Assembly: GCA_041611735.1 (NCBI GenBank)
Contig: JBFIML010000056.1
Coordinates: 1 to 19,572, forward strand
DNA from: Myxococcota bacterium
GTDB lineage: Bacteria > Myxococcota_A > UBA9160 > PR03
Length of the DNA stretch: 19,572 nucleotides
Direction of reading: 5' to 3'
Each line of letters opens with the position of its first letter. Positions within the stretch are counted from its first letter, which is position 1. Shown one piece after another: positions 7,271-15,351 of the stretch. The position numbers were made by a program, and so were the translations under genes. The notes below the pieces were generated by a model. It had not been told where the DNA came from. It did no database searches and saw only the letters and a list, made by a program, of their open reading frames with translations.

Positions 7271-8460
7271 GCCGCGCGCTCCAGGGCAGCCACGCCCGGC
7301 AGCGTGCGCCCCTCCACGAACTCGAGCGACGCCCCGCCACCGGTGGAGCAGTGGTCGACGCGCGTAGCGAGCCCGAGGCGGTTCACGGCGGCCAGGGAGT
7401 CCCCACCGCCCACCACCGAGGTGCCCGGGGATTCGGCCACGGCCCGGGCCACGGTCTCGGTGCCCGCCGCGAAGGCCGGGATCTCGAACACGCCCATGGG
7501 CCCGTTCCAGAAGATGGTGCGCGCCCGGCCCGCCTCGGCGGCATAGGCGGCCGCCGTCGCCGGTCCGATGTCGACCCCGAGCCAGCCGTCCGGGATCTCC
7601 TTGACCACCCGGCTCGGCGCATCGGCGGAGACCTCGCGTGCCACCACGTGGTCCGTGGGCAGGAGCAGCGCGTGAGCGGCCCGGGCCGCTGCATCCAGCA
7701 CGCGGCGTGCGTCTTCCAGCAGCTCCGGCTCCACGCGCGAGGCGCCGACGCCCACCCCCTGGGCCCGCAGGAAGGTGTAGGCCATGGCTCCGCCCACCGC
7801 GAGCACGTCGGCCCGGGTCGCCAGGGCCTCCAGCACACCCAGCTTGTCCGAGACCTTGGCGCCCCCCAGCAGGCAGAGGAAGGGGCGTTCCGGGTCCAGC
7901 AGGCGCCCGAGGTTCGCCAGCTCGCGCCGCAGCAGCTCGCCGGCGGCCACCCGCGCGACGAGCGCCACCATGCCCACGGTGGAGGCGTGGGCCCGGTGCG
8001 CGGCGCCGAAGGCGTCGTTCACGTAGCAGTCCGCGAGCCGCGCCAGGGCGCGCGCGAAGGCCGGGTCATTGGCGGTCTCGCCCGCGTGGAAGCGCAGGTT
8101 CTCGAGCAGGACCACCTGCCCGTCGCCGAGGGCGGCCCCGGCCCGCTCCGCCGCCTCGCCCACGCATTCCGCGGCGAAGGCCACCGGCCGGCCGAACAGC
8201 TCCGCCAGGCGCGCGGCCACCGGCCGCAGGGAGAGCTCGGGGCGCGGCTCGCCCTTGGGGCGGCCCAGATGGGAGGCCAGCACCACCCGCGCGCCGCCGG
8301 CGGTCAGGCGCCGCAGGGTGGGCAGGGAGGCCCGGATGCGGGTGTCGTCCGCCACCCGCCCGCCGTCCAGGGGCACGTTCAGGTCCGCCCGCACGAAGAC
8401 GCGCTGCCCGCGCACTCCGCCCGGGCCCGCGAGGAGCTCGTCCAGGGTCGGGATGCCCAC
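7267..8460 (-). CDS. pgk: Phosphoglycerate kinase
   Basis: RADLNVP, SHLGRPKG, LLENLRF, NDAFGAAHRAHAS, GGAKVSDK, WNGPMGVFE, GGGDS, STGGGASLE. GTG start. Confidence 0.98.
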   Translation of the reverse strand: MGIPTLDELLAGPGGVRGQRVFVRADLNVPLDGGRVADDTRIRASLPTLRRLTAGGARVVLASHLGRPKGEPRPELSLRPVAARLAELFGRPVAFAAECVGEAAERAGAALGDGQVVLLENLRFHAGETANDPAFARALARLADCYVNDAFGAAHRAHASTVGMVALVARVAAGELLRRELANLGRLLDPERPFLCLLGGAKVSDKLGVLEALATRADVLAVGGAMAYTFLRAQGVGVGASRVEPELLEDARRVLDAAARAAHALLLPTDHVVAREVSADAPSRVVKEIPDGWLGVDIGPATAAAYAAEAGRARTIFWNGPMGVFEIPAFAAGTETVARAVAESPGTSVVGGGDSLAAVNRLGLATRVDHCSTGGGASLEFVEGRTLPGVAALERAA

Positions 8461-8467
8461 GGTGCCC

Positions 8468-9463
8468 CTAGCGCCCCATGCGCAGGGCCAGGTCCGCCAC
8501 CCGGCACGAGTAGCCCCACTCGTTGTCGTACCAGGACAGGACCTTGGCGAAGCGCTTGCCCATCACCTTGGTGCTGAGCCCGTCCAGGATCGAGGAGTGG
8601 GCATTGCCCCGGAAGTCGATGGAGACGAGCGGCTCGTCCGTCACCTCGAGGATCCCGCGCATGGGTCCCGCGGCGGCTTCCCGCATGGCGGCGTTGATGG
8701 CTTTGGCCTCGGCGTCCTTGCCGAGCAGCACCGACAGGTCCACCACCGAGACGTCGAAGGTGGGAACCCGCATGGCGAAGCCGTCCAGCCGGCCCTCGAG
8801 TTCCGGCATCACGAGACCGATGGCGCGAGCCGCACCGGTGCTGGTCGGGATCATGGAGACCGCCGCCGCGCGGGCGCGGCGCAGGTCCTTGTGGGGGAAG
8901 TCGAGCGTCACCTGGTCGTTCGTGTAGGCATGGATGGTCGTCATCCAGCCCTGTTCGATCCCGAAGCGGTCGTGGAGCACCTTGGCCACCGGCGCCAGGC
9001 AGTTGGTGGTGCAGGAGGCGTTCGAGACGATGCGGTGCTGCTTCGGGTCGTAGCGGTCGTCGTTCACCCCGAGTACGACGGTCAAGTCCGGGTTCTTGGC
9101 GGGCGCGGTGACCAGCACCCGCTCGGCCCCAGCGGCCAGGTGCTTCGTGGCCCCGTCCCGGTCGGTGAACTTGCCCGTGGACTCGATCGCCACCTGGGCT
9201 CCCAGGCTCTTCCAGGGCAGCTTCCCCGGGTCGCGCTCGGAGAGCACGGGGATCTTGCGGCCGTCCACCAGCAGGCCGTCGCCGGTCCCTTCGACCTTGC
9301 CGGGATACGGGCCATGGACGGAGTCCCACTTGAGCAGGTGGGCCAGGGTGGCGGCGTCCGCCAGGTCGTTCACCGCGACGATCTCCAGGTCCTTCTCCCG
9401 GGCCGCACGCAGCACGAGGCGTCCGATGCGACCGAACCCATTGATGCCGATGCGCACGGGCAT
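8468..9463 (-). CDS. gap: Type I glyceraldehyde-3-phosphate dehydrogenase, probably NAD-dependent
   Basis: ATG at 9463 with AGGAGG RBS. INGFGRIGR, VNDL, catalytic ASCTTNC, LDFPHKDLRRARAA, WYDNEWGYS. Confidence 0.98.
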   Translation of the reverse strand: MPVRIGINGFGRIGRLVLRAAREKDLEIVAVNDLADAATLAHLLKWDSVHGPYPGKVEGTGDGLLVDGRKIPVLSERDPGKLPWKSLGAQVAIESTGKFTDRDGATKHLAAGAERVLVTAPAKNPDLTVVLGVNDDRYDPKQHRIVSNASCTTNCLAPVAKVLHDRFGIEQGWMTTIHAYTNDQVTLDFPHKDLRRARAAAVSMIPTSTGAARAIGLVMPELEGRLDGFAMRVPTFDVSVVDLSVLLGKDAEAKAINAAMREAAAGPMRGILEVTDEPLVSIDFRGNAHSSILDGLSTKVMGKRFAKVLSWYDNEWGYSCRVADLALRMGR

Positions 9464-9536
9464 GACGGATCCTCCTGGTTCGCGGAATGGGCGACGGGGC
9501 ATCGGCGGCTCGGCGCGCCGACGCATGGCGTTGCGC

Positions 9537-9566
9537 AAGGTACCCGTCGATTCCGAGGCGCGCCAA
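9537..9566 (-). promoter_or_regulatory. Candidate sigma70-type promoter for the gap operon
   Basis: TTGGCG (9566-9561), N18, TACCTT (9542-9537) in the divergent intergenic region. Confidence 0.35.
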
Positions 9567-9683
9567 CCTGGGTGGCCGCGGATCCGCGCTCCGCGGCCTC
9601 GGGGCCGGTCCGCGGCGAACACGAAGGCTGCCGGTGGGGCCGGGGTGCCCGCTACCCTTGCGGCGCGCCGCCTGGGGGGAGCC

Positions 9684-10073
9684 GTGATCGTGGGCAGCGG
9701 CATCGATGTGATCGAGGTCGGGCGCATCGAGCGCGCCCTCGCCCGCTTCGGGGAGCGCTTCGAGCGCCGCGTGTTCCACGAGCGGGAGATCCGCGCCTGC
9801 CGGAGCCAACGTGCTCCGGCCCTCCAGTACGCGCGGCGCTTTGCCGCCAAGGAAGCCTTGATGAAGGCGGTGGGAACCGGCTGGGCGCGGGGCGTGCGCT
9901 GGATCGACATCGAGACGGTGGAGGATCGCCCGGGGGGCCGGCTCGAGCTGGTCCTGCACGGCGCCGCCGCCGTCTGGATGGCCCGGCGCGGGGCGAGCCG
10001 GGCTCACCTGGACGCGAGCGGCGGTCCGCGCCTGGCCCTGGCCCTGGTCCTCCTGGAGGATCCGGGCACATGA
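9684..10073 (+). CDS. acpS: Holo-[acyl-carrier-protein] synthase (AcpS-type phosphopantetheinyl transferase)
   Basis: GGGGGAG RBS and GTG at 9684. Motifs IVGSGIDVIEV, RFGERFERRVF, ARRFAAKEALMKAVGTG, WIDIE. 129 aa. Confidence 0.88.
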   Translation: MIVGSGIDVIEVGRIERALARFGERFERRVFHEREIRACRSQRAPALQYARRFAAKEALMKAVGTGWARGVRWIDIETVEDRPGGRLELVLHGAAAVWMARRGASRAHLDASGGPRLALALVLLEDPGT

Positions 10074-12517
10074 ACCCGGCTGGAGCATCGGCCCGTTCCC
10101 GCCGCGCCCTGGCGGCCCTGCTGGCCGGCCTCCTCCTGCTCGCGGTCCTGGTCACCGCGCGCCGCATCGAGGAGCGTCGCGCCCTGCGCCGCGCCTGGCC
10201 CACCTACCAGGGCACTCTCACCCTGGCGGGACTCGGCGCGCCCGTGAAGGTGGTGCGTGACCGGCGTGGCGTTCCCCACCTGCGGGCGCGCACGGAGCGG
10301 GACGCCTGGTTCGCCCTGGGCTTCGTCCACGCCCAGGACCGGCTCGCTCAGATGGAGTGGCTGCGACGTGCGGCGCGCGGACGCACCGCCGAGGCAATCG
10401 GACGCGACGGGCTCGCCACGGACCGCCTCGCCCGTACCCTGGGTCTGGGCTCCCTGGCCGACGCGGAGGCGGAGCGCCTGCAACCGGCCACGCTTCGGAC
10501 GCTCGAGGCCTACGCGGCCGGCGTGAACGCGCGGCTGGCGCGCATCCGGGATGGCGCAACCCGGCCGCCCCTCGCCCTGATGCGCCGGCGGGTGACGCCG
10601 GAGGACTGGAAGCCCGCCGACAGCGTGGCCGTCGTGAAGCTCGCGGCCTGGAGCCTGGACGGGGCCGTCGAGGAGAGCCTCGTACTCTGGGAGCTGATCG
10701 AGCACCTGGGTGGCTTCGGGGCGCTGCCCTTCTTCCCCCCCGATGCAGCCGGCAGGCTGTTGCCCCAGGGGCCGGAGCGCTCGGTGCGCGCCCGGCCCGA
10801 TTCCCGCTCTCTCGCCGCCCTGCGCCAGGCCACCGGGCTCGTCGGCCGCTCGGTGGGAAGTAGCGCCTGGCTGGTTCCTCCCGCCCGCAGTGCCAGCGGC
10901 CGCCCGCTGCTGGCCGCCGACCTGCATCTCGAGCCGACCGTGCCGGCCCTCCTGCACCAGGCGCACCTCAGCGCCCCCGGCTTCGAGCGGGCGGGCGCCA
11001 GCATCCCCGGCGTTCCGGTCTTCTGGGTCGGACACAACGGCCGGGTGGCCTGGGCGGGGGTGCATGCCCGGGCCATGGTGATCGATCTGTACGCCGAGAG
11101 CCTGCACCCGCGCGATCCGGACCGTTATCACGACGGCCGGAGCTGGCGGTCGCTGGCCACCCGCGAGGAGACCATCGCGGTCCGGGGTGGCGAGCCGGTC
11201 GCGCTGCGGGTGCGAGCCACCCGCCACGGTCCGCTCCTCGACGGGCTGCTGGCCGGCGACGGCAAGCAAGGCGAGCCCATCGCCGTGGCCTGGCCCGGAG
11301 CCCAGCCCGGCAACGGCATCGCGGCGCTCCTGCGGGCGGCCCGCAGCACGACCGCCGAGGAGTTCCGGCGCGCCCTGGCCGCCCACCACGAGCCCGTGCT
11401 CGCCTTCCTGTTCGCCGATGCCGCGGGCCGCGGCGGTCTCCAGGTGGCGGGCTTCGTCCCGCAGCGCCCCGTGCCCTCGGGTCTCGTCCCGATGCCCGGG
11501 CGCTCGAGCTGGACGGAATGGCGCGAACCCCTGCCGTTCGAACGGCTGCCCCGGGCCACGTTGGAGGCGGACGGCGCGTGGTTGGTCGCCGCCGACGGCG
11601 GGTTGCCCGAGCCCGCCGCAGACGGGCCCGCCATCGAGTGGCTCTGGCGCTCCGGCGAGCGCACGCACCGCATCGAAGCGCTGCTCGACGAGGCGGCTTC
11701 CGCCGGGCCTCTCGATGCGCTGGATCTGGTGGACATGCAGCAGGACGTACGCAGCGCGGTGGGCCCGGAAAGGGCTCGGCTTGCCCTCGCCCTGGCGGGT
11801 TCCGAGGACACCCTGCCTCGCGAGGCGCGCGAGGTGGTGGGGCTGCTGCACGCCTGGGACGGCCGCGCTGACGCGGGCAGCGTGGCTGCCGCCGCGTACC
11901 ACGCCTTCCTGATGCGCCTCGTCCGGGAGGTCCTGGCGGAACCGCTGGGGCCCGAGCGCCTGGAACGCTATCTGCGCCTGCGCACGGCCAGTCCGGAGAC
12001 CCTGATGGGAAGCCTGCTGGTGGCGGCTCGGGACGGGGAGCCCGGCGACGCGGGCCTCGCGGAGCCGGAGCGCGTGCGCGGAGCAGTGCGAACGGCGCTC
12101 CGCGAGACCGGCCTCGCGCTGCTGGTGGAGCTCGGTCCGAACCGGGAGCGGTGGACCTGGGGCCGCCTGCATCCGCTGCGCTTCCGGCCCCTCGGTTGGC
12201 CCGAGGCCAGCACCGGCGAGCGCCTCGCGTCCCGCCCCTACGGCGGCGACGGGGTGACGGTGGCGGTCGGGGAGTACGATCCCGTGCGACCCTTCGCGGT
12301 GCGCGTGGCGTCGGTGTTCCGCTTCGTGGTGGACACGGCCAATCTGGAGATCGCCCTGACCTCCCTGGCTCCCGGAGCGAGCGAGCACCCGGGTCACGCG
12401 GCGCGCGACGCGGGCCTGGACTCCTGGCTCGAGGGACGCCCGGGCCTGCTGGCTACGCACCCGGTGCTGATCGAAGAGACGGCCCGGGAACGGCTGCGTC
12501 TGGAACCCGCCTCGTGA
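10070..12517 (+). CDS. Penicillin acylase family (peptidase S45, Ntn-hydrolase) protein with N-terminal hydrophobic anchor/signal, 815 aa
   Basis: ATGA overlap with the acpS stop. VVRDRRGVPHL, LGFVHAQDRLAQME, LEAYAAGVNA, predicted beta-chain start G|SSAW (Ser264), GASIPGVP..GHNGRVAW, TRHGP, WTWGRLH. Confidence 0.88.
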   Translation: MNPAGASARSRRALAALLAGLLLLAVLVTARRIEERRALRRAWPTYQGTLTLAGLGAPVKVVRDRRGVPHLRARTERDAWFALGFVHAQDRLAQMEWLRRAARGRTAEAIGRDGLATDRLARTLGLGSLADAEAERLQPATLRTLEAYAAGVNARLARIRDGATRPPLALMRRRVTPEDWKPADSVAVVKLAAWSLDGAVEESLVLWELIEHLGGFGALPFFPPDAAGRLLPQGPERSVRARPDSRSLAALRQATGLVGRSVGSSAWLVPPARSASGRPLLAADLHLEPTVPALLHQAHLSAPGFERAGASIPGVPVFWVGHNGRVAWAGVHARAMVIDLYAESLHPRDPDRYHDGRSWRSLATREETIAVRGGEPVALRVRATRHGPLLDGLLAGDGKQGEPIAVAWPGAQPGNGIAALLRAARSTTAEEFRRALAAHHEPVLAFLFADAAGRGGLQVAGFVPQRPVPSGLVPMPGRSSWTEWREPLPFERLPRATLEADGAWLVAADGGLPEPAADGPAIEWLWRSGERTHRIEALLDEAASAGPLDALDLVDMQQDVRSAVGPERARLALALAGSEDTLPREAREVVGLLHAWDGRADAGSVAAAAYHAFLMRLVREVLAEPLGPERLERYLRLRTASPETLMGSLLVAARDGEPGDAGLAEPERVRGAVRTALRETGLALLVELGPNRERWTWGRLHPLRFRPLGWPEASTGERLASRPYGGDGVTVAVGEYDPVRPFAVRVASVFRFVVDTANLEIALTSLAPGASEHPGHAARDAGLDSWLEGRPGLLATHPVLIEETARERLRLEPAS

Positions 12518-13581
12518 CCCCGCGGCTGCTCTACGTGGAGGTGCCGGGCTTCTACGCGGAGGTGGAGCGCGCCGCCGACCCGGCCCTGGCGCGCCGTCCC
12601 GTCGTGGTGGGGGGAGATCCGCGCAAGCGGGGCCTGGTGCAGGCGGCCACTGCCGACGCCCGGGCGGCGGGGGTGACCGAAGGCATGCCGGTGCTCGAGG
12701 CCCTGCAGCGCTGTCCACGCGCGCGAGCCGTGATCACGGACATGCGGCGCTACCGGGAGGTGGCGGCCCGGCTGCGTGCCTGCCTGCGCCGGGGGGTGGA
12801 CCGTGTGGAGCCCGCGGGACCCGGAGCCGCCTATCTGGAAGCCTCCGAGGTGGCGGAGTCGCCCGCTGCCCTGGCCGAGAAGCTGCAGGGCCTGGTGCGC
12901 GACGAGCTGGGCCTGCCGCTGCGGGTGGGCGCCGCGCCGGTGAAGTTCCTGGCCAAGCTGGCGGCGGAGGAGGCCGCCACCTCCGGGGTCCGCATCGTGA
13001 CGGCCACGCAGGTGGCCGACTTCCTGAGGCCGTTTCCGGTTCAGCGGCTGCCCGGCGTGGGCCCCCACACCGCCGCCCGCCTGCGGCGCCTCGGCGCCTG
13101 CACCGCGGGCGACGTGGTGGCGCTCGGCAGCGAGGCGGCGGAGCGCGAGCTCGGCAAGCACGGCCTCGCGGTCTTCGCGGCGGCCCTCGGACAGGGCGAC
13201 GCGCGCGTGCGGGGTCCCCGCCATCCCCAGAGCCTCTCCCAGGAGACGACCCTCGAGGCCGACGAGCTCGATCGGGCCATGCTGGTCGGCCGCCTCCACA
13301 CGCTGGCCGAGGGACTGGCTCGTGCTCTCGGCCGGGAGGGGCTCGCGGCCCGGCGCCTGACTCTCAAGGTCCGCTACGCGGACCAGGAGTCCGCCAGCCG
13401 CACGCGCAGTCTGGCCCGACCCGTCGCGACGGCGGTCGAGCTGGAGGCGGTGGGTGTCGAGCTCCTGGGTCGCACCCAGGCGGGCACCCGACCCGTGCGG
13501 CTCCTGGGCCTGGCCGTCTCGAGTCTCGCCCGGCGGCCTCGCGACGACCGCCAGCTCGATCTCTTCGCCGAGCGCTCCTGA
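12514..13581 (+). CDS. DinB-like Y-family DNA polymerase homolog, predicted catalytically inactive, 355 aa
   Basis: GTGA overlap with the upstream stop. FYAEVE..DPAL..RPVVVGG, AR..GV..GMP, APVKFLAKLA, LPGVG HhH, little-finger SLSQETT and LTLKVRY, VRLLGL, C-terminal QLDLF. Catalytic acidic motifs are altered. Confidence 0.88.
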   Translation: MTPRLLYVEVPGFYAEVERAADPALARRPVVVGGDPRKRGLVQAATADARAAGVTEGMPVLEALQRCPRARAVITDMRRYREVAARLRACLRRGVDRVEPAGPGAAYLEASEVAESPAALAEKLQGLVRDELGLPLRVGAAPVKFLAKLAAEEAATSGVRIVTATQVADFLRPFPVQRLPGVGPHTAARLRRLGACTAGDVVALGSEAAERELGKHGLAVFAAALGQGDARVRGPRHPQSLSQETTLEADELDRAMLVGRLHTLAEGLARALGREGLAARRLTLKVRYADQESASRTRSLARPVATAVELEAVGVELLGRTQAGTRPVRLLGLAVSSLARRPRDDRQLDLFAERS

Positions 13582-13594
13582 CGCAACGGCTCCC

Positions 13595-13622
13595 TCAAGC
13601 CCCTCCCATCCCCGGCCGAAGC
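13595..13622 (+). promoter_or_regulatory. Candidate sigma28 (FliA/WhiG)-like promoter upstream of the PilZ gene
   Basis: TCAA(G) at 13595, N16, GCCGAAGC at 13615-13622. Resembles TAAA-N15/16-GCCGATAA with mismatches. Confidence 0.3.
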
Positions 13623-13669
13623 AGGAGGGGGCCGACCCCACCCCGGTGGGGACGGCAGGAGGGGTGCCC

Positions 13670-14002
13670 ATGGCCGATCCGGGGCGGGACGATCGCCGCA
13701 AGTACGCACGCATCTCCACCGATCACATGATCTCGGTGGCGCCTACCGAAGCTCCGGAGCGCCTCGCCGTGAGCAAGGACCTCTCGGCGGGCGGCATCCG
13801 CTTCGAGGCCGTGGGCTGCGAGATCTCCCTGGGCGACGTGCTCCGGGTCACCTTCAACGTGGGTGAGCAGACCCTCACCGCCGTCGGCAAGGTGGTGTGG
13901 GCCACGGACACCGACCCGATCACCACCGAGGTGGGCCTCGAGTTCGTGGAAATCGACCCCCTGACCCTGCGCGCGCTCCGGGAGGCGGAGGACGACTCCT
14001 AG
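13670..14002 (+). CDS. Single-domain PilZ protein (putative c-di-GMP receptor), 110 aa
   Basis: AGGAGG RBS. RxxxR motif (RRKYAR) and D-x-S-x-x-G motif (DLSAGG), plus GKVVW and VGLEF. Confidence 0.88.
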   Translation: MADPGRDDRRKYARISTDHMISVAPTEAPERLAVSKDLSAGGIRFEAVGCEISLGDVLRVTFNVGEQTLTAVGKVVWATDTDPITTEVGLEFVEIDPLTLRALREAEDDS

Positions 14003-14076
14003 GGGGCCGCGGCGGTTGGTCCCCGCGGGGTAATTCGTCTTGACACCCTCCCGCCACGGGTGCGAGCCTCGCGTCC

Positions 14077-15303
14077 GTGCCGGACTTCCACCAGACCGGG
14101 GTCATCACGACCCTGCACCGCTTCGGCCCCTTCGACCTGGATCGCCTGGAGGCCGAGCTGGTCCGCTTCGCCGGCGTCCGGCCGGTGGCCCTGGTCCTGC
14201 CGAGCCTGCACGCGGAGCTCCGGGACACGGCGCTCAAGGGCATCGTGGAGGCCCTGCGTCGGGTGCCGTATCTGCACCAGCTGGTGGTGAGCCTCTCCGG
14301 GGCGCCGGGGCGCGCGGACTTCGACGAGATGCGCGGCGCCTTCGAGGGCGTGACGACCCGCGACGGCCGGGGCGCCGTGCTGGTCTGGAACGACGGTCCC
14401 CGCATCCGGCCCCTGTACCAGCGCCTGACCTCCGAGGGTCTCGACCCCGGCGCCGAGGGCAAGGGGCGCGGCACGTGGCTGGCCTACGGCTACGTGCTCG
14501 CGAAGAACAAGGCGCGGGTGGTCGCCGTCCACGACTGCGACATCCGCGACTATTCGCGGGAGCTGCTGGCGCGGCTCTGCTTTCCCACCATGAACCCCAA
14601 CCTGAACTACGAGTTCGCCAAGGGCTACTACGGGCGCGTGACGGACCGGCTGCATGGCCGGGTGACGCGTCTGTTCATGACGCCGCTGCTACGCGCCATG
14701 AAGTCGGTTCTCGGACCTCTCCCGCTACTCGACTACCTGGACTCGTTCCGCTACCCGCTCGCGGGTGAGGCCTCCATGACCACGGACCTGGTGCGCATCA
14801 ACCGCATCCCCAGCGATTGGGGTCTCGAGGTGGGGATGCTGGCGGAGGTCTACCGCAACAGCTCCTTGAAGCGGATCTGCCAGGTGGAGCTGGTGGAGAA
14901 CTACGACCACAAGCACCGCGATCTCTCGGAGCAGGATCCGTCCCGGGGGCTGCACCGCATGGTGCTCGACATCGCCGCATCGCTGATCCGCAATCTGGCC
15001 AGCTACGGGGTCACGTTCGACGCGGGCTTCCTGAACACCCTGATCTCCGCCTACCTGCGCACCGCCCAGGATGCCATCGCCCGCTACAGCGACGACGCGG
15101 CCCTGAACGGGCTGGTCTTCGATCGCCACGAGGAGGAGGTGGCAGTGGAGACCTTCTCCGGCGCCCTGCGGGCGGCCGGGCTCACCTTCGTCCGAGATCC
15201 CCTGGGAGCCCCCCAGATCCCCAACTGGAGCCGCGTCACCTCGGCCCTGCCCGACTTCCTGATGGAGCTGGGCGCCGCCGTGGACGCGGACAACGCTGCC
15301 TAG
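14077..15303 (+). CDS. Glucosyl-3-phosphoglycerate synthase-like (GpgS-type) glycosyltransferase
   Basis: N-terminus DFHQTGVITTLH, GKGRGTW, DxD (HDCDI), FAKGYYGR, GRVTRLF, RYPLAGE, DWGLEVG, YDHKH. This pattern is what I recall for the roughly 400-aa GpgS group. Confidence 0.75.
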   Translation: MPDFHQTGVITTLHRFGPFDLDRLEAELVRFAGVRPVALVLPSLHAELRDTALKGIVEALRRVPYLHQLVVSLSGAPGRADFDEMRGAFEGVTTRDGRGAVLVWNDGPRIRPLYQRLTSEGLDPGAEGKGRGTWLAYGYVLAKNKARVVAVHDCDIRDYSRELLARLCFPTMNPNLNYEFAKGYYGRVTDRLHGRVTRLFMTPLLRAMKSVLGPLPLLDYLDSFRYPLAGEASMTTDLVRINRIPSDWGLEVGMLAEVYRNSSLKRICQVELVENYDHKHRDLSEQDPSRGLHRMVLDIAASLIRNLASYGVTFDAGFLNTLISAYLRTAQDAIARYSDDAALNGLVFDRHEEEVAVETFSGALRAAGLTFVRDPLGAPQIPNWSRVTSALPDFLMELGAAVDADNAA

Positions 15304-15351
15304 AGGCGCGGGGCTCAGGCCGCTACCTCTTGGGACCGGGAGAGGTCGGCG

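Noticed and set aside
9464-9683. SOS/LexA box or riboswitch in the divergent intergenic region
   Set aside because: No match to LexA boxes or riboswitch cores that I can recognise. The repeated CCGCGG words are expected at this GC content.
8069-10069. 1482-aa ORF suggesting a giant acylase fusion
   Set aside because: The upstream part is antisense to pgk/gap and overlaps acpS in another frame. Family similarity starts only at ATG 10070.
12514-13581. Calling the gene functional dinB, canonical imuB or a pseudogene
   Set aside because: The catalytic residues are missing (not ordinary dinB), there is no imuA/dnaE2 or C-terminal extension (not typical imuB), and the frame and clamp motif are intact (no sign of decay).
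14003-14030. GC-rich inverted repeats after the PilZ gene as a terminator
   Set aside because: The stem is short and imperfect with no clear U-tract, so it is not distinguishable from chance.
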